Shown here in pieces: positions 49,901 through 58,464 of a stretch of 64,000 nucleotides of DNA. Position 1 is the first letter of the stretch; each line of letters starts with the position of its first letter. The notes under the pieces are model-generated. The model saw only the letters and a list, made by a program, of their open reading frames with translations. It searched no databases and was not told the DNA's origin. The translations under genes and the position numbers were made by a program. Source of the DNA: Kiritimatiellia bacterium. GTDB taxonomy: Bacteria; Verrucomicrobiota; Kiritimatiellia; JAAZAB01. The DNA lies in contig JAXGPF010000010.1 of NCBI GenBank assembly GCA_040767085.1, positions 32,001-96,000 of the forward strand, written 5' to 3'.

Positions 49901-50084
49901 GTCCGACAACTGGTACGAGGCTTACAGCCCGCCGCTGCCGCTGGCGGAACCGGGCGCCTTGCCGGCGGCGGGTGATTTTGACGGCGATGGGCGCGCGGAT
50001 ATTGCCGCGTATAAACTGGGTTCCGGCAAATGGTACGCCTGGCTCTCCGGACAGGGCTACGTTCGGTCCGGGCCTTACCTGTGA
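46959..50084 (+). CDS. Secreted SBBP (beta-propeller) repeat protein with FN3-like and C-terminal FG-GAP domains
   Basis: Signal peptide; PLVIDP; repeated YxAGxTxSxxFPxTxGA units; YYYWIKA; five (A/G)DFDGDG repeats. Confidence 0.82.
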   Translation: MHMRDSHGWWCLACLAVIFAAVRLASAVPAGAAAPALARARLPFMENTGWADQRVAYAVRTMAGMVYVTHDGELLYAMPRASSAAAGAAGPELIVEKLLDASPARLCGRQPAATRLSVFHGADPQRWQAGIPAFHAVEWREARPGLHVTWRACGNNVEKIFTFMPGADPRDLQIELAGAGALRVDADGRLIAQTAQGELIFTAPAAYQAGSMGYEPVAVRYAVCGARYGFALGAYDPARPLVIDPLLGGTYLGGEDWDRAYAMALDSQGRVYIAGSTSSLDFPFTPGAFQTNQHGVFISLFDNNLTNLIASTFLGGSGGESACAVALDAAGRVYVAGTTGSTNFPTTAGAYQAEISPYDPDTPNYDIFIAALSADLSQLQACTLLGGDGQDWGQTLALDAWTNVYVAGVTPSSNFPTTDGAFQRALQGYADGFIAKFDSGLTHLTAATLLGGGAYENVASIKLHPDGPVYAAGVTMSTNFPAINSPYAAALAGGEDCFVARLDASLQTLQNATYLGGSTNEWPNVMLIGSADCIYLAGYTYSADFPATVDAWQPDFPGGEPGSYHGFLTRMNAGLSVVHNSTFLGGSAGYSQIQTILQDGSGDIWAAGYTAASNFPTTPGAYSRTLQIPPGAPYAEPDCFIARLGVDLAGLHQSTLLGGRRADYAYAMQLDQAGNVFAAGYTESADFPTAPGSYERQYHVPLNFWHGDAFVSKLDNAMGDFPAPPIGVAASDCVYADRIRLSWTAADRTGGYTVWRGLSSDTGSAGLLAALDGETTAYIDRTAAPGVFYYYWIKATNAAGASVFSQSAAGRRSGTVPVAADFDGDGLADPAIVVGGFWQVWQSGAGYALVGPVLGDTANRTFAAGDFDGDGRADPCAMDGGGVWKAWLSRSQYAPLTHALAAAAGGAAVAADFDGDGLADPAVYLADTWYFWMSAAAYAQMAQFTVGAYPDAIALAADFDGDGKADPALFDPGTGSWTIWLSDNWYEAYSPPLPLAEPGALPAAGDFDGDGRADIAAYKLGSGKWYAWLSGQGYVRSGPYL

Positions 50085-50086
50085 AC

Positions 50087-50112
50087 CCAAGGCGGGCATT
50101 CGCCCGCCTTGG
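50087..50112. terminator. Hairpin between convergent genes
   Basis: CCAAGGCGGGC-ATTC-GCCCGCCTTGG perfect 11-bp stem; no strong U tract. Confidence 0.55.
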
Positions 50113-50129
50113 ATTGAACCGATAGCAGA

Positions 50130-51047
50130 TCAGGCGCGGATGGAAAGCGGGGCCCGGGCCTGGCTGCCGGCTTCGCGGCCTTTGAATTCCCGGGCCAGTT
50201 TGGCGGAAATTTTTTCAGCCGTTTCCGGCTTCCCGTCCAGCAACGCCGTCAGGGCCTGGTTGCCCAGCTCAAAACAGCGCTCTTCGTCTTCCGGAATGAC
50301 GGGGATGAAGATCAGGCGGCGGCCGTCGGTATATTCCTGGCGCGCGGCGGTGGAGGCGCGTTCGTCCTCGACGCTGTCGCCGAACATCGCCACGTTCTGG
50401 TAGCCGCAATGGCCGAGCGCCGACAGCGCCTCGGTCTTCGTGGCCGTCTCCTGGCCGATGTAGCGCCGGATGAAGCGGATGTCCTCCTTTTCCATGGATG
50501 CGCGCAGCGGCTCTTCCGTGGCGGTGGAGACGATGTAAAAATCCGCGCGCTCGCGGAAGGGCTGCAGGATGTGCGGGAGCACGCCGGGGGTCAGGCCGAT
50601 TTCCGTCAGCATGGCCACGCGCTGGTTGATTTCCTCGCTCCAGGCGAGGGCGCGGGTGACGTCGCGGTCACCGGCGAATTCCTGGAGGTTGGCGGCGCTG
50701 ATTTTTTGGCCCCGTTCCCGCAAGGTGCGCACCGCCGCATGCAGGCCGGGCAAGGCGCATTGGTAACCCTTGGCCGCCAGGTGCTCCGCCAGCGCGTTGG
50801 CGCAGAGAAACCGCTCCTTGCCGGCGTAGTCCGCCGACCGGAAGTTTATATATACGTATGCCTGGCGGAAGACCTCGAACGGCACGCGCTGGAATTCGCG
50901 CAGGTTCAGAAACAGGGCGGTGGACATGATCTGGTGCTTGTGTTCGGTGAACAGTTTGCAGACCCCGTCAAAATCCAGGGCAATCGCCAGCGAGCGCTGT
51001 TTTTCCCCGGCCAGTTCCACGCTGAGTTTTTTTGCGGTTGCGTTCAT
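50130..51047 (-). CDS. HAD-superfamily protein
   Basis: Motif I ALDFDG, motif II IVST, Lys in ATKT, motif IV FGDSVED; overlaps the GH3 stop. Confidence 0.65.
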   Translation of the reverse strand: MNATAKKLSVELAGEKQRSLAIALDFDGVCKLFTEHKHQIMSTALFLNLREFQRVPFEVFRQAYVYINFRSADYAGKERFLCANALAEHLAAKGYQCALPGLHAAVRTLRERGQKISAANLQEFAGDRDVTRALAWSEEINQRVAMLTEIGLTPGVLPHILQPFRERADFYIVSTATEEPLRASMEKEDIRFIRRYIGQETATKTEALSALGHCGYQNVAMFGDSVEDERASTAARQEYTDGRRLIFIPVIPEDEERCFELGNQALTALLDGKPETAEKISAKLAREFKGREAGSQARAPLSIRA

Positions 51048-52795
51048 TTGCTTTTCCCCGATTTGGCCTGGGCCGGCGCGCCGTGGTAGAGGTAATGGCT
51101 GGCGGCCTCCAGGCTGCCGCGCAGGAGCGAATAGGCGACGACGACGGTGTCCATTTCCTTCGGCACCACCAGTTCTTCGTAAGGGTTGTTGCTGATCATG
51201 ACCACCGGCTTGCCGTACCGCAGCAAACCGGTCAGGAATTGCCGGGTATCGTCATGGCTGTTGCGGTCGTACCAGGCCGTCACTACCAGGACGTCCATCG
51301 CGGGGGCGAGTTGTTCAATCAAGCCGTTGGCTGTCTGGACGGTTTTGGGCTGGTAGTCCAGGTAAGTCACGTTGGCCGAATGCCGCCGCAGGCACTCCCA
51401 GAAAACGCCGGGATAATTCCAATAGTCGTTGGCGTTCGTGGAGTTTGAAGAGGGGCGGTCGATCACCAGAATCTGCTGTTCCGGCCGCAGCGGCAGGATT
51501 TTGGCGCGGTCGCGCAGCAGGTGGATGGCGCGCCGGGCGGCTTCCCGTCCCACGCCCTGGTAGTCTTCATGGAAGAGATGCTCGTTGAGTCCTTCCACCC
51601 GCGCCAGGCCGCCGTTGTTGAAAAGACCGTAATCCCACTTGAGCGACCAGATGCGGCGCAGGGATTGATTGACGCGTTCCTCGGAGATGCGCCCTCTTCG
51701 GATTGCTTCGGCCAGCGCGGCATGCGCTTCGTAGCGCAGGGAGTTATCGTCCTTGAGCAGCACGATATCCACACCCGCTTCGATGGCCTTGACCACCGCT
51801 TCGCCGACGGTATAACGCGCCATCAACCCGCCCATGGTCATGGAGTCGGTGGTGATGACGCCGTCAAATCCGAATTCCTCGCGCAGGATGCCGGTGATGA
51901 TCGGGCGGGAGACGGTCGAAATCTCGCCCGAGGAATCCAGCATGGGGTAAATGGAATGCCCGGGCATGACGGCCGGGACGATCCCCTCGGCGCATAATCT
52001 GGCATAGGGCGCCAGGTGCCGGCGGTAAAATTCCGCGCGGTCCATCTTGATGGCGGACAGGCCATGGTGGCTGTCGTTGGCGGATTCACCCCGGCCGGGA
52101 TAGTGCTTCAGTGTGGCGATGATGCCGGCCTCGGCGAAGCCCTGCAGGGCCGCGCGGGCGGACTCGATCACGACTTCCGTGTCGGCGGAGTAGGAGCGCG
52201 TGCTGATTTCAGGATTGCGGGGGTTGGTGTTGACGTCCACCACCGGGGAATGCACCTGGTCCACGCCCATGGCCTTCAATTGCCGGCCGGCGGCCCGCAA
52301 GGCGCGCCGGATCAGGTCCGGATCGTCCAGGCGGCCGAAGCCCATGGGGGCGGGCAGGGTCAGCAGACCGGGGGGCAGGTAATTCGAGCCTTCGCCGCTT
52401 TCGTAATCAATCACCATGTGCAGCGGAATGGCGTGGCGGCGCTCCATGGCCAACCGGCGCAGGCCGTTGAGCACGCCGGCGTATTCCGCCGCGCGGAAAC
52501 TGGGCGGCTTGACGCCGTCGTTCCAGAGTTTTTCGCCGGGCCGCGGGGGCCGGAGCACATTTTCCACGCCCGGGGCGCCGTCCGGCAGATAGCGGATGAA
52601 TTTGCGGATGTAGGGCGAAATCCGCAGGCCGCCGATATTATACCTGGCAACGAATGTTTCCGTTTCCGGATCCGCAATCGTGCCGTTAAATCCCAGCACC
52701 ATCAATTGCCCGGCTTTTTCCTCGGGCGTCAAGGCGCCCAGCAGGCTGTCGATGGTCTTTTGCTTTTGCTCTTTCTGCGATGCGTTCATGATCAT
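51044..52795 (-). CDS. GH3 beta-N-acetylhexosaminidase-like enzyme (cytoplasmic)
   Basis: EEKAGQL, DYESG, PVVDVN, KHYPGRG....DSH, LREEFGFDGVITTDS; GGAGG RBS; no signal peptide. Confidence 0.85.
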   Translation of the reverse strand: MIMNASQKEQKQKTIDSLLGALTPEEKAGQLMVLGFNGTIADPETETFVARYNIGGLRISPYIRKFIRYLPDGAPGVENVLRPPRPGEKLWNDGVKPPSFRAAEYAGVLNGLRRLAMERRHAIPLHMVIDYESGEGSNYLPPGLLTLPAPMGFGRLDDPDLIRRALRAAGRQLKAMGVDQVHSPVVDVNTNPRNPEISTRSYSADTEVVIESARAALQGFAEAGIIATLKHYPGRGESANDSHHGLSAIKMDRAEFYRRHLAPYARLCAEGIVPAVMPGHSIYPMLDSSGEISTVSRPIITGILREEFGFDGVITTDSMTMGGLMARYTVGEAVVKAIEAGVDIVLLKDDNSLRYEAHAALAEAIRRGRISEERVNQSLRRIWSLKWDYGLFNNGGLARVEGLNEHLFHEDYQGVGREAARRAIHLLRDRAKILPLRPEQQILVIDRPSSNSTNANDYWNYPGVFWECLRRHSANVTYLDYQPKTVQTANGLIEQLAPAMDVLVVTAWYDRNSHDDTRQFLTGLLRYGKPVVMISNNPYEELVVPKEMDTVVVAYSLLRGSLEAASHYLYHGAPAQAKSGKSK

Positions 52796-52905
52796 ACGCC
52801 TCCCAATAGGCAAAACAGTCCAGGCGCGTGCCCGCGCCAATGCTTCACAAACAGGCCCTTCAGCATACCGCCTGTCACCGTCAAGTCAAGCCAAATACCG
52901 GCTGC

Positions 52906-54358
52906 TGTCGTGGAGTTTTCAAAAGCGGAATTATTGGAGCGAGCAAAAGCGGAAAAGAAACGCATACAATCAGTCTGGTTAGTGAGGCCGGTTGGTGAAC
53001 AGAACGACGGGGCGTTTGAGCTTGTCTGGCCGCTCCTTGATGATCGAGACGGTTCCGTCCAGATGTTCACATACAATGGCCCTGGTGCCAAGGCTACCCC
53101 GAGTAGGGAAAGAGCCTTGTCGGAATTGGACGCGACCGCCCACGGCGATCGTGACGGGATGCCATAGAGACCAGACGTAGTTCCACCAAGGGTCCTTGGG
53201 GACGGGGCGCAGCTTGTTTCGACCCTGTGCGATGGCATTGTCCCAAGCCGTCTGTGGCGTCATGCCCAGTTCACGATGGCGCTCACGCCGGTTCCGATGA
53301 TCACGCAGCGCGTAAATGTGCCGGTTTACCTCTTCTAATTCGGAAGATGTGGACAGACCGTTATGGGCAAAGTATGGCGGCAACCGATCTTGCCAGACTT
53401 GGTGGATCCGTTCGACCTTGCCCTTTGCTTCAGGGGTATTGGCAACGATGAACGACACGTCGTAGAACATCAGGCGTTGCTCGATGCAGGTCACGTTGTC
53501 TTCCTTGTGCGCCGTGAATATCCCTGCTTGATCTACATAGATTTGCAGAGGCAACCCATGCTCCATGAATGCGTTGTGCAAGAAATGCAGGTAGGCGGGT
53601 ATATTCTCGCGGCGGTAGATGGCACATCCCACTTGCATACGACTGCAGTCGTCGAGCATGTCCAGCAGTGGATAAGCCGGCTCCTCACGGCCAAACCAAT
53701 GATCCGGGGTGGCATCCATCTGCCAAAGTTCACCAACGGCTTGGCGTTGCCAGCGCCTCAGGTGAACAGGAAGACGAGGTGGTTTTGGGGTCGGGCAAAT
53801 TCCTTCGCGTATCGCCCAATGACGGACTTGGGAGCGAGCCAGTGTAATGCCGTATTGACGATCCACCTCGCTGGCCGCAAATGCATAGTTGTAACCATTG
53901 CGGATGGCGGCCTTCAGGAAACTCACAACGTTTTCATCCCATGGCGCCGCATGATTGCCACCGGATATGCCTGGCCGCCAAACAGCATCTTTGCCCGCTG
54001 CGCGTGCCTTTAGATAGCTACTACGCAACTCGTAGAGCCTGGTCTTGCCCATCCCCAAGGATTCACAAGCCTGCTCGATGGTCATCGTTCCTTCACACAC
54101 CTGCTTGAGCACGTCATGAACATGTGCCAAGCCCAACCGGGATCCTATTTGTTTTTTCATGCGGTCATTATAGACCGCATTCCGCTTTTGCTCGCTCCAC
54201 GGGCGCGCGCCCCCTAGGGGGCGTCACATCCTTGCCCCTCTCCTTCGCAACCATATCCGTACCAGCACCTTCCACTCCTCTTATTCCCGATCCCAGCCTT
54301 TCCACTCCCTTTCCGCTTTTGCTCGCTCCAGCATTCCGCTTTTGCTTTTCCCCCGACA
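52906..54358 (-). mobile_element. IS1202-family (ISNCY-type) element, 1453 bp, 16-bp target duplication
   Basis: TGTCG...CGACA ends; IRs with repeated CAAAAGCGGAA boxes; TSD GCCAAATACCGGCTGC at 52890-52905 and 54359-54374. Confidence 0.88.
52979..54160 (-). CDS. DDE transposase (integrase core)
   Basis: N-terminal HTH; GELWQMDAT, IYVDQ, PEAKGKVER DDE triad. Confidence 0.9.
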   Translation of the reverse strand: MKKQIGSRLGLAHVHDVLKQVCEGTMTIEQACESLGMGKTRLYELRSSYLKARAAGKDAVWRPGISGGNHAAPWDENVVSFLKAAIRNGYNYAFAASEVDRQYGITLARSQVRHWAIREGICPTPKPPRLPVHLRRWQRQAVGELWQMDATPDHWFGREEPAYPLLDMLDDCSRMQVGCAIYRRENIPAYLHFLHNAFMEHGLPLQIYVDQAGIFTAHKEDNVTCIEQRLMFYDVSFIVANTPEAKGKVERIHQVWQDRLPPYFAHNGLSTSSELEEVNRHIYALRDHRNRRERHRELGMTPQTAWDNAIAQGRNKLRPVPKDPWWNYVWSLWHPVTIAVGGRVQFRQGSFPTRGSLGTRAIVCEHLDGTVSIIKERPDKLKRPVVLFTNRPH

Positions 54359-54389
54359 GCCAAATACCGGCTGCTGGAGTTTCAGTCAT

Positions 54390-54560
54390 GAAAATTCAAA
54401 TATCGTCAGGACTTATAGCATAACATAAGTGTTCTAATAATTATCATGTTATATATTGAACAGTAATGAGATAAGTTAAGATTGTAAAATATATTATAAA
54501 AATTAGTTTGCAAAATATTATAATTGAATCTACACTCTTATACATAGTTTAATTGGAAAG
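54390..54560. promoter_or_regulatory. AT-rich divergent control region
   Basis: Very AT-rich against the GC-rich background; palindromes ACTTAT-N8-ATAAGT and TGTT-N8-AACA; TATAAT. Confidence 0.5.
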
Positions 54561-54599
54561 CGTAAGAGCAGGTTTCAACGTGAGCGGGAAATTCTTTTC

Positions 54600-55679
54600 A
54601 TGAACTCTGATCGCAAGCGGAATGCCCCGAAATACCAGCAGGTGGCCGATGAAATCATGCGGCAGGTGGCGGCGCATGGCGCGGAGCCTGGCGGGTATTT
54701 GCCGACCGAGATGGTTTGGGCGAAGAAATTTAACGTGAACCGTTTGACGGTGCGCCGCGCTTTGTCTTGTCTGGAGCGCGAAAAGCTTATCTCGCCTGTC
54801 ATTGCCAAGCGCCGGCGGTTTATCGGAACCCCAAAAATGCCGGCGACCTTGATTGGTTGCCTGGGATATGGCGCAGCGGCGGAGGAGTCCTTTGGCAACC
54901 TGGTGCATACGCGCATCTTCGAGCAGATGGTGCCGGTCTTTCAGGCGGAGAACATGTATCTGCTGAAATTCGTGATGCCGCCGGGAGCCGTTCAAATGCC
55001 GGATCCGATCCGGACGAGCATGATCCGGGGACTATTGGCTTTCCGCCCTTTGCCGGACGAGTGGGTTCAGGATTTGCATGTTCCGGTTTTAACGATCGGC
55101 GACAGTTCCAAGCAACCGCCAGACAAGCCGGTCCTGGCTTTTGACGGGATTGGCGTGGCGATGGACGCCATGCATTATCTCGCGGCCCGGGGGCACCGGC
55201 GCGTGGCCCTGGCTCTGCCCGACACGGCCCATCGCTTCCCGCATTATGACGACATTGTATCGGGGTATTTGCGCGGAATCCATCAATGCCGGCTGGGCGC
55301 GCCGGCATATTGGGACTTGTCCGTCTCCGGCGAAACCCATCCCGATCAAATGGCGGCCGCGGCGCGCCGGCTGTTCGCGGACGCGCCGGATGCCGATGCG
55401 CTTTTCCTGGCGACCAGCGATTTTGCCCCGAGCGTGATGGCCGCGTTGCGCGCGATCGGGAAGCGGGTGCCGGAGCAGCTTTCCGTGGTGACCACCGGCG
55501 GCGTCGATCCGGAAGTGCCGGGAACGGCCTTGGCCCGGTTTGCCAACGATTATCCGGCGATCGCGCGCTGCGTCTGCGAGTACGTCCTGGAATTACTGTC
55601 GGGGCGGATGCGCCACATCAAAAAGGTTGTGGCCAGGCATTATCGCCTGCGAGAGGGGATTTCGGTGGCGGCGCGGTAG
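54600..55679 (+). CDS. GntR HTH plus LacI-type sugar-binding transcriptional regulator
   Basis: PKYQQVA...LPTE...VNRLTVRRAL; YLAARGHRRVA, RVPEQLSVV. Confidence 0.87.
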   Translation: MNSDRKRNAPKYQQVADEIMRQVAAHGAEPGGYLPTEMVWAKKFNVNRLTVRRALSCLEREKLISPVIAKRRRFIGTPKMPATLIGCLGYGAAAEESFGNLVHTRIFEQMVPVFQAENMYLLKFVMPPGAVQMPDPIRTSMIRGLLAFRPLPDEWVQDLHVPVLTIGDSSKQPPDKPVLAFDGIGVAMDAMHYLAARGHRRVALALPDTAHRFPHYDDIVSGYLRGIHQCRLGAPAYWDLSVSGETHPDQMAAAARRLFADAPDADALFLATSDFAPSVMAALRAIGKRVPEQLSVVTTGGVDPEVPGTALARFANDYPAIARCVCEYVLELLSGRMRHIKKVVARHYRLREGISVAAR

Positions 55680-55760
55680 CCGCACCTTCGTGCAACTAAC
55701 TGAATCATGCGCTGCGCAAGTATGGCGCGGGGCCAGACGGCAAGGGTGGGGGATAATCCA

Positions 55761-58442
55761 ATGAGCGATGCGCTGACGGTATTTTTGAAATGGGCCAGGG
55801 GGCCGGTGGCCGGCGAGATCGCCGTGACGCATGGCACGCTGGCGGAGGTCCGGATCGCGGCGGGCGAAGGCGCGGTTGACGGGCCGCGCTTTGATGTCAG
55901 GGCCACCGGCGAATGTGCCGTGGCGGTGACCTGCCGGGATGTCCGCGTGCTGCCGGGCGGCAAGGCGACGCGCGTGAGCGTCGCCGCCGCCGAAAAGCGA
56001 TTCACCTTCTTCCTCCGGGATGTCGCGGCGGCTTATCCCGTCTGGCTGCCGGCGCCGGGTGTGGTTGTGACGGCCGCGGATGACGGGCGGACGTATGGCG
56101 AGATTTGCGCGGCTATCCAGGCGCGCGGGTTGTTGAATGGGCGGCAGGCCCTGGAGCGGGCGCCGGAGGCGAGATTTGAAAATATCGGCGATGATGTGCG
56201 CCGTCCGGTGAATGAAACCTGGCTGGGATTGAGCCGCGACATGCGGATTTTCCGGGTGAACGCGAATTACGCCGCCGGCTGCTGGGGCGAGGTGCATCCT
56301 TTCATCGCCAGCCACGAGTTGCCGGTGTCGGAAAAACAGTTCCCCGGGTATTTCCCGGCGCCCCGCGAGCTGGCGACATTGAAATATCGTTTTTGGATCG
56401 GGCGCGGTTCTAATTGCGCGGTGAAAATCGTCCGGCGCTTGAGCGAGGGCTGCCTGCCCATCCTGCACGGCACGCAGTTTGACGGCGACATCCAGTATGA
56501 GGTCACCATGTTCGCGGCGCCCGCCGAACAACCCCTGACGGCGGCGGCGCTGGAGGGCACCCCTTGCCTGGTGGCGGATTACCATGCCGGGGTGCATGTG
56601 TTTACGCCGGAGCAGCATGCCGAATACGAACGCGAAGCGGGACCGGAAGAGCGGCGTTGTCAAAAGCATCCGCTGTTGCTGTTCACCCGCGTGCGCGCGT
56701 TCAATACGGCGGCCGTGCCGCGTTATGCCTGGTTCAAGACCGTGGGCATTGTCTGGAAATACAAGGTTAACGCGAAATTTCCGGTGCGCCATACGGAAAA
56801 CGGGTTCAGCGTGTTCACGGCGGACGAGGAAGACTGGGTATTCGGCATCCACCGCGTCAACGGCCGGCCGATGGCCGAGCCGGAGCAGGCGGTGCTGGTC
56901 AGGCCGGGGGAGGCGGCGGAGTTTGAAATGTTGATTCCGCACCGGCCCCTGCCGCTGGCGCGCGCGGAACGCTTGCACGCCGGCGATTTCACGGTCCGTG
57001 AAAACGAATGCCGCGTCTTCTGGCGCGAAAAACTGGCGCAGGCCGCCATCCTGGAAATTCCCGAAAAACGCATACATGCGATGGTCAAGGCCGGCTTGTT
57101 GCATCTGGATTTGATCGCCTATGGCCGGGAGCCCGACGGTCCGGTGGCGCCCGCGATCGGCCCCTTTGCGCCCCTGGCGTTTGAAAGCGTGCCGATCCTG
57201 CTGGCCTTTGACCGTTTTCACCGGCATGATCTCACCCGGCGAGCCTTGGAATATTACTTGTTCAAGAAACAGCAGGCGAACGGGCGCATGCATAACTATG
57301 CGCAATCCATGGGGGAGACCGGACCGATCTTGTACGGCCTGGGCGAGCATTACCGGATGACCGGCGACCGGGATTGGTTCGAACGCGCGGCGCCCCGCGC
57401 CATCAAGGCTTGCGACTACCTGATCGGACTGCGCCGGGCGAATCAGCGCGAGGAGTGCCGCGGCAAAAATTACGGCCTGTATTCCGGGGGCGTGTGCGAC
57501 AATACCAATCCGGACTGCATGTTTGTGAACAATGGTTATGCCTGCCTGGGCCTGGCGCGCACGGCCGAATGGCTGCCGGCGTTCAATCCCGGCAAGGCCG
57601 CGGAACTGGCGGCGGAGGCCGCGGCCTGGCGCGCCGATATCCGGACGGCCTTGGCGGACGCCCTGGCGCGGTCGCCCGCGGTGCCGCTGGGCGATGGCGC
57701 CTGGTGTTCCAGCGTGCCGCCCGTCGCCGAGGGGGTGGGTAATTATCATCTGTTCTGCGACGGCCAGCCGCGTTTTTCGCACGGCGTCATGCACTCGGAT
57801 GATGTGCTGGGCGGGCCGATCTGGCTGGCCTTTCACGAAGTCCTGGACCCGCGCGAGCGCGAGTTTGCGGATATCCTTTTGTACCAGACCGAATTATTCA
57901 TGAAAAATAATGTCGCCATGTCGCAACCTTATGTCAGCCGGCATGATTACGCCCATTTGCTGCGCGACGAGGTCAAGGCCTTCCTGATGTATTATTACAA
58001 CGGCCTGGCCTCCCAGTGCGACCGCGAGACCTATACTTGGAACGAACATTGCCATGGCGGCGGCACGCACAAAACGGAGGAGGAAGCCTGGTTTATGATG
58101 CAGACCCGCTGGATGCTGCTGATGGAGGAAGGCCGGACCCTGCACCTGCTGCGTGCGGTCCCGCGGGCGTGGCTGGCGGGCGGCCAACGGGTAGGATTGA
58201 ACCGGATGCCGTCCTATTTCGGCGATGTTTCCCTGACGGTGGAGGTCTCTCCCGACGGCGATGTGTTTGACGCCCGCTACGCGATTGACGGCGGGAGGAT
58301 GCCGGACCGGATCCGGCTGCGTCTGCCGCATCCGCGCGGGCGTTATCCCGGCAGGGTGGCAGGGGGCGTTTATGACCGTGAGCGCGAATGCGTGCTGATC
58401 GAAAAACCGCCCCGTGAAGGCGCGGTGCGCGCGGAGTTTTAG
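55761..58442 (+). CDS. Large glycoside hydrolase-like protein with (alpha/alpha)6 domain
   Basis: FWREKL, GETG.IL....EHYRMTGDRDW, LHLLRAVPRAWL, PSYFGDVS; six-hairpin glycosidase pattern; family not assignable. Confidence 0.6.
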   Translation: MSDALTVFLKWARGPVAGEIAVTHGTLAEVRIAAGEGAVDGPRFDVRATGECAVAVTCRDVRVLPGGKATRVSVAAAEKRFTFFLRDVAAAYPVWLPAPGVVVTAADDGRTYGEICAAIQARGLLNGRQALERAPEARFENIGDDVRRPVNETWLGLSRDMRIFRVNANYAAGCWGEVHPFIASHELPVSEKQFPGYFPAPRELATLKYRFWIGRGSNCAVKIVRRLSEGCLPILHGTQFDGDIQYEVTMFAAPAEQPLTAAALEGTPCLVADYHAGVHVFTPEQHAEYEREAGPEERRCQKHPLLLFTRVRAFNTAAVPRYAWFKTVGIVWKYKVNAKFPVRHTENGFSVFTADEEDWVFGIHRVNGRPMAEPEQAVLVRPGEAAEFEMLIPHRPLPLARAERLHAGDFTVRENECRVFWREKLAQAAILEIPEKRIHAMVKAGLLHLDLIAYGREPDGPVAPAIGPFAPLAFESVPILLAFDRFHRHDLTRRALEYYLFKKQQANGRMHNYAQSMGETGPILYGLGEHYRMTGDRDWFERAAPRAIKACDYLIGLRRANQREECRGKNYGLYSGGVCDNTNPDCMFVNNGYACLGLARTAEWLPAFNPGKAAELAAEAAAWRADIRTALADALARSPAVPLGDGAWCSSVPPVAEGVGNYHLFCDGQPRFSHGVMHSDDVLGGPIWLAFHEVLDPREREFADILLYQTELFMKNNVAMSQPYVSRHDYAHLLRDEVKAFLMYYYNGLASQCDRETYTWNEHCHGGGTHKTEEEAWFMMQTRWMLLMEEGRTLHLLRAVPRAWLAGGQRVGLNRMPSYFGDVSLTVEVSPDGDVFDARYAIDGGRMPDRIRLRLPHPRGRYPGRVAGGVYDRERECVLIEKPPREGAVRAEF

Positions 58443-58464
58443 TTGCGGTCCGGAAGCAAGGCAC

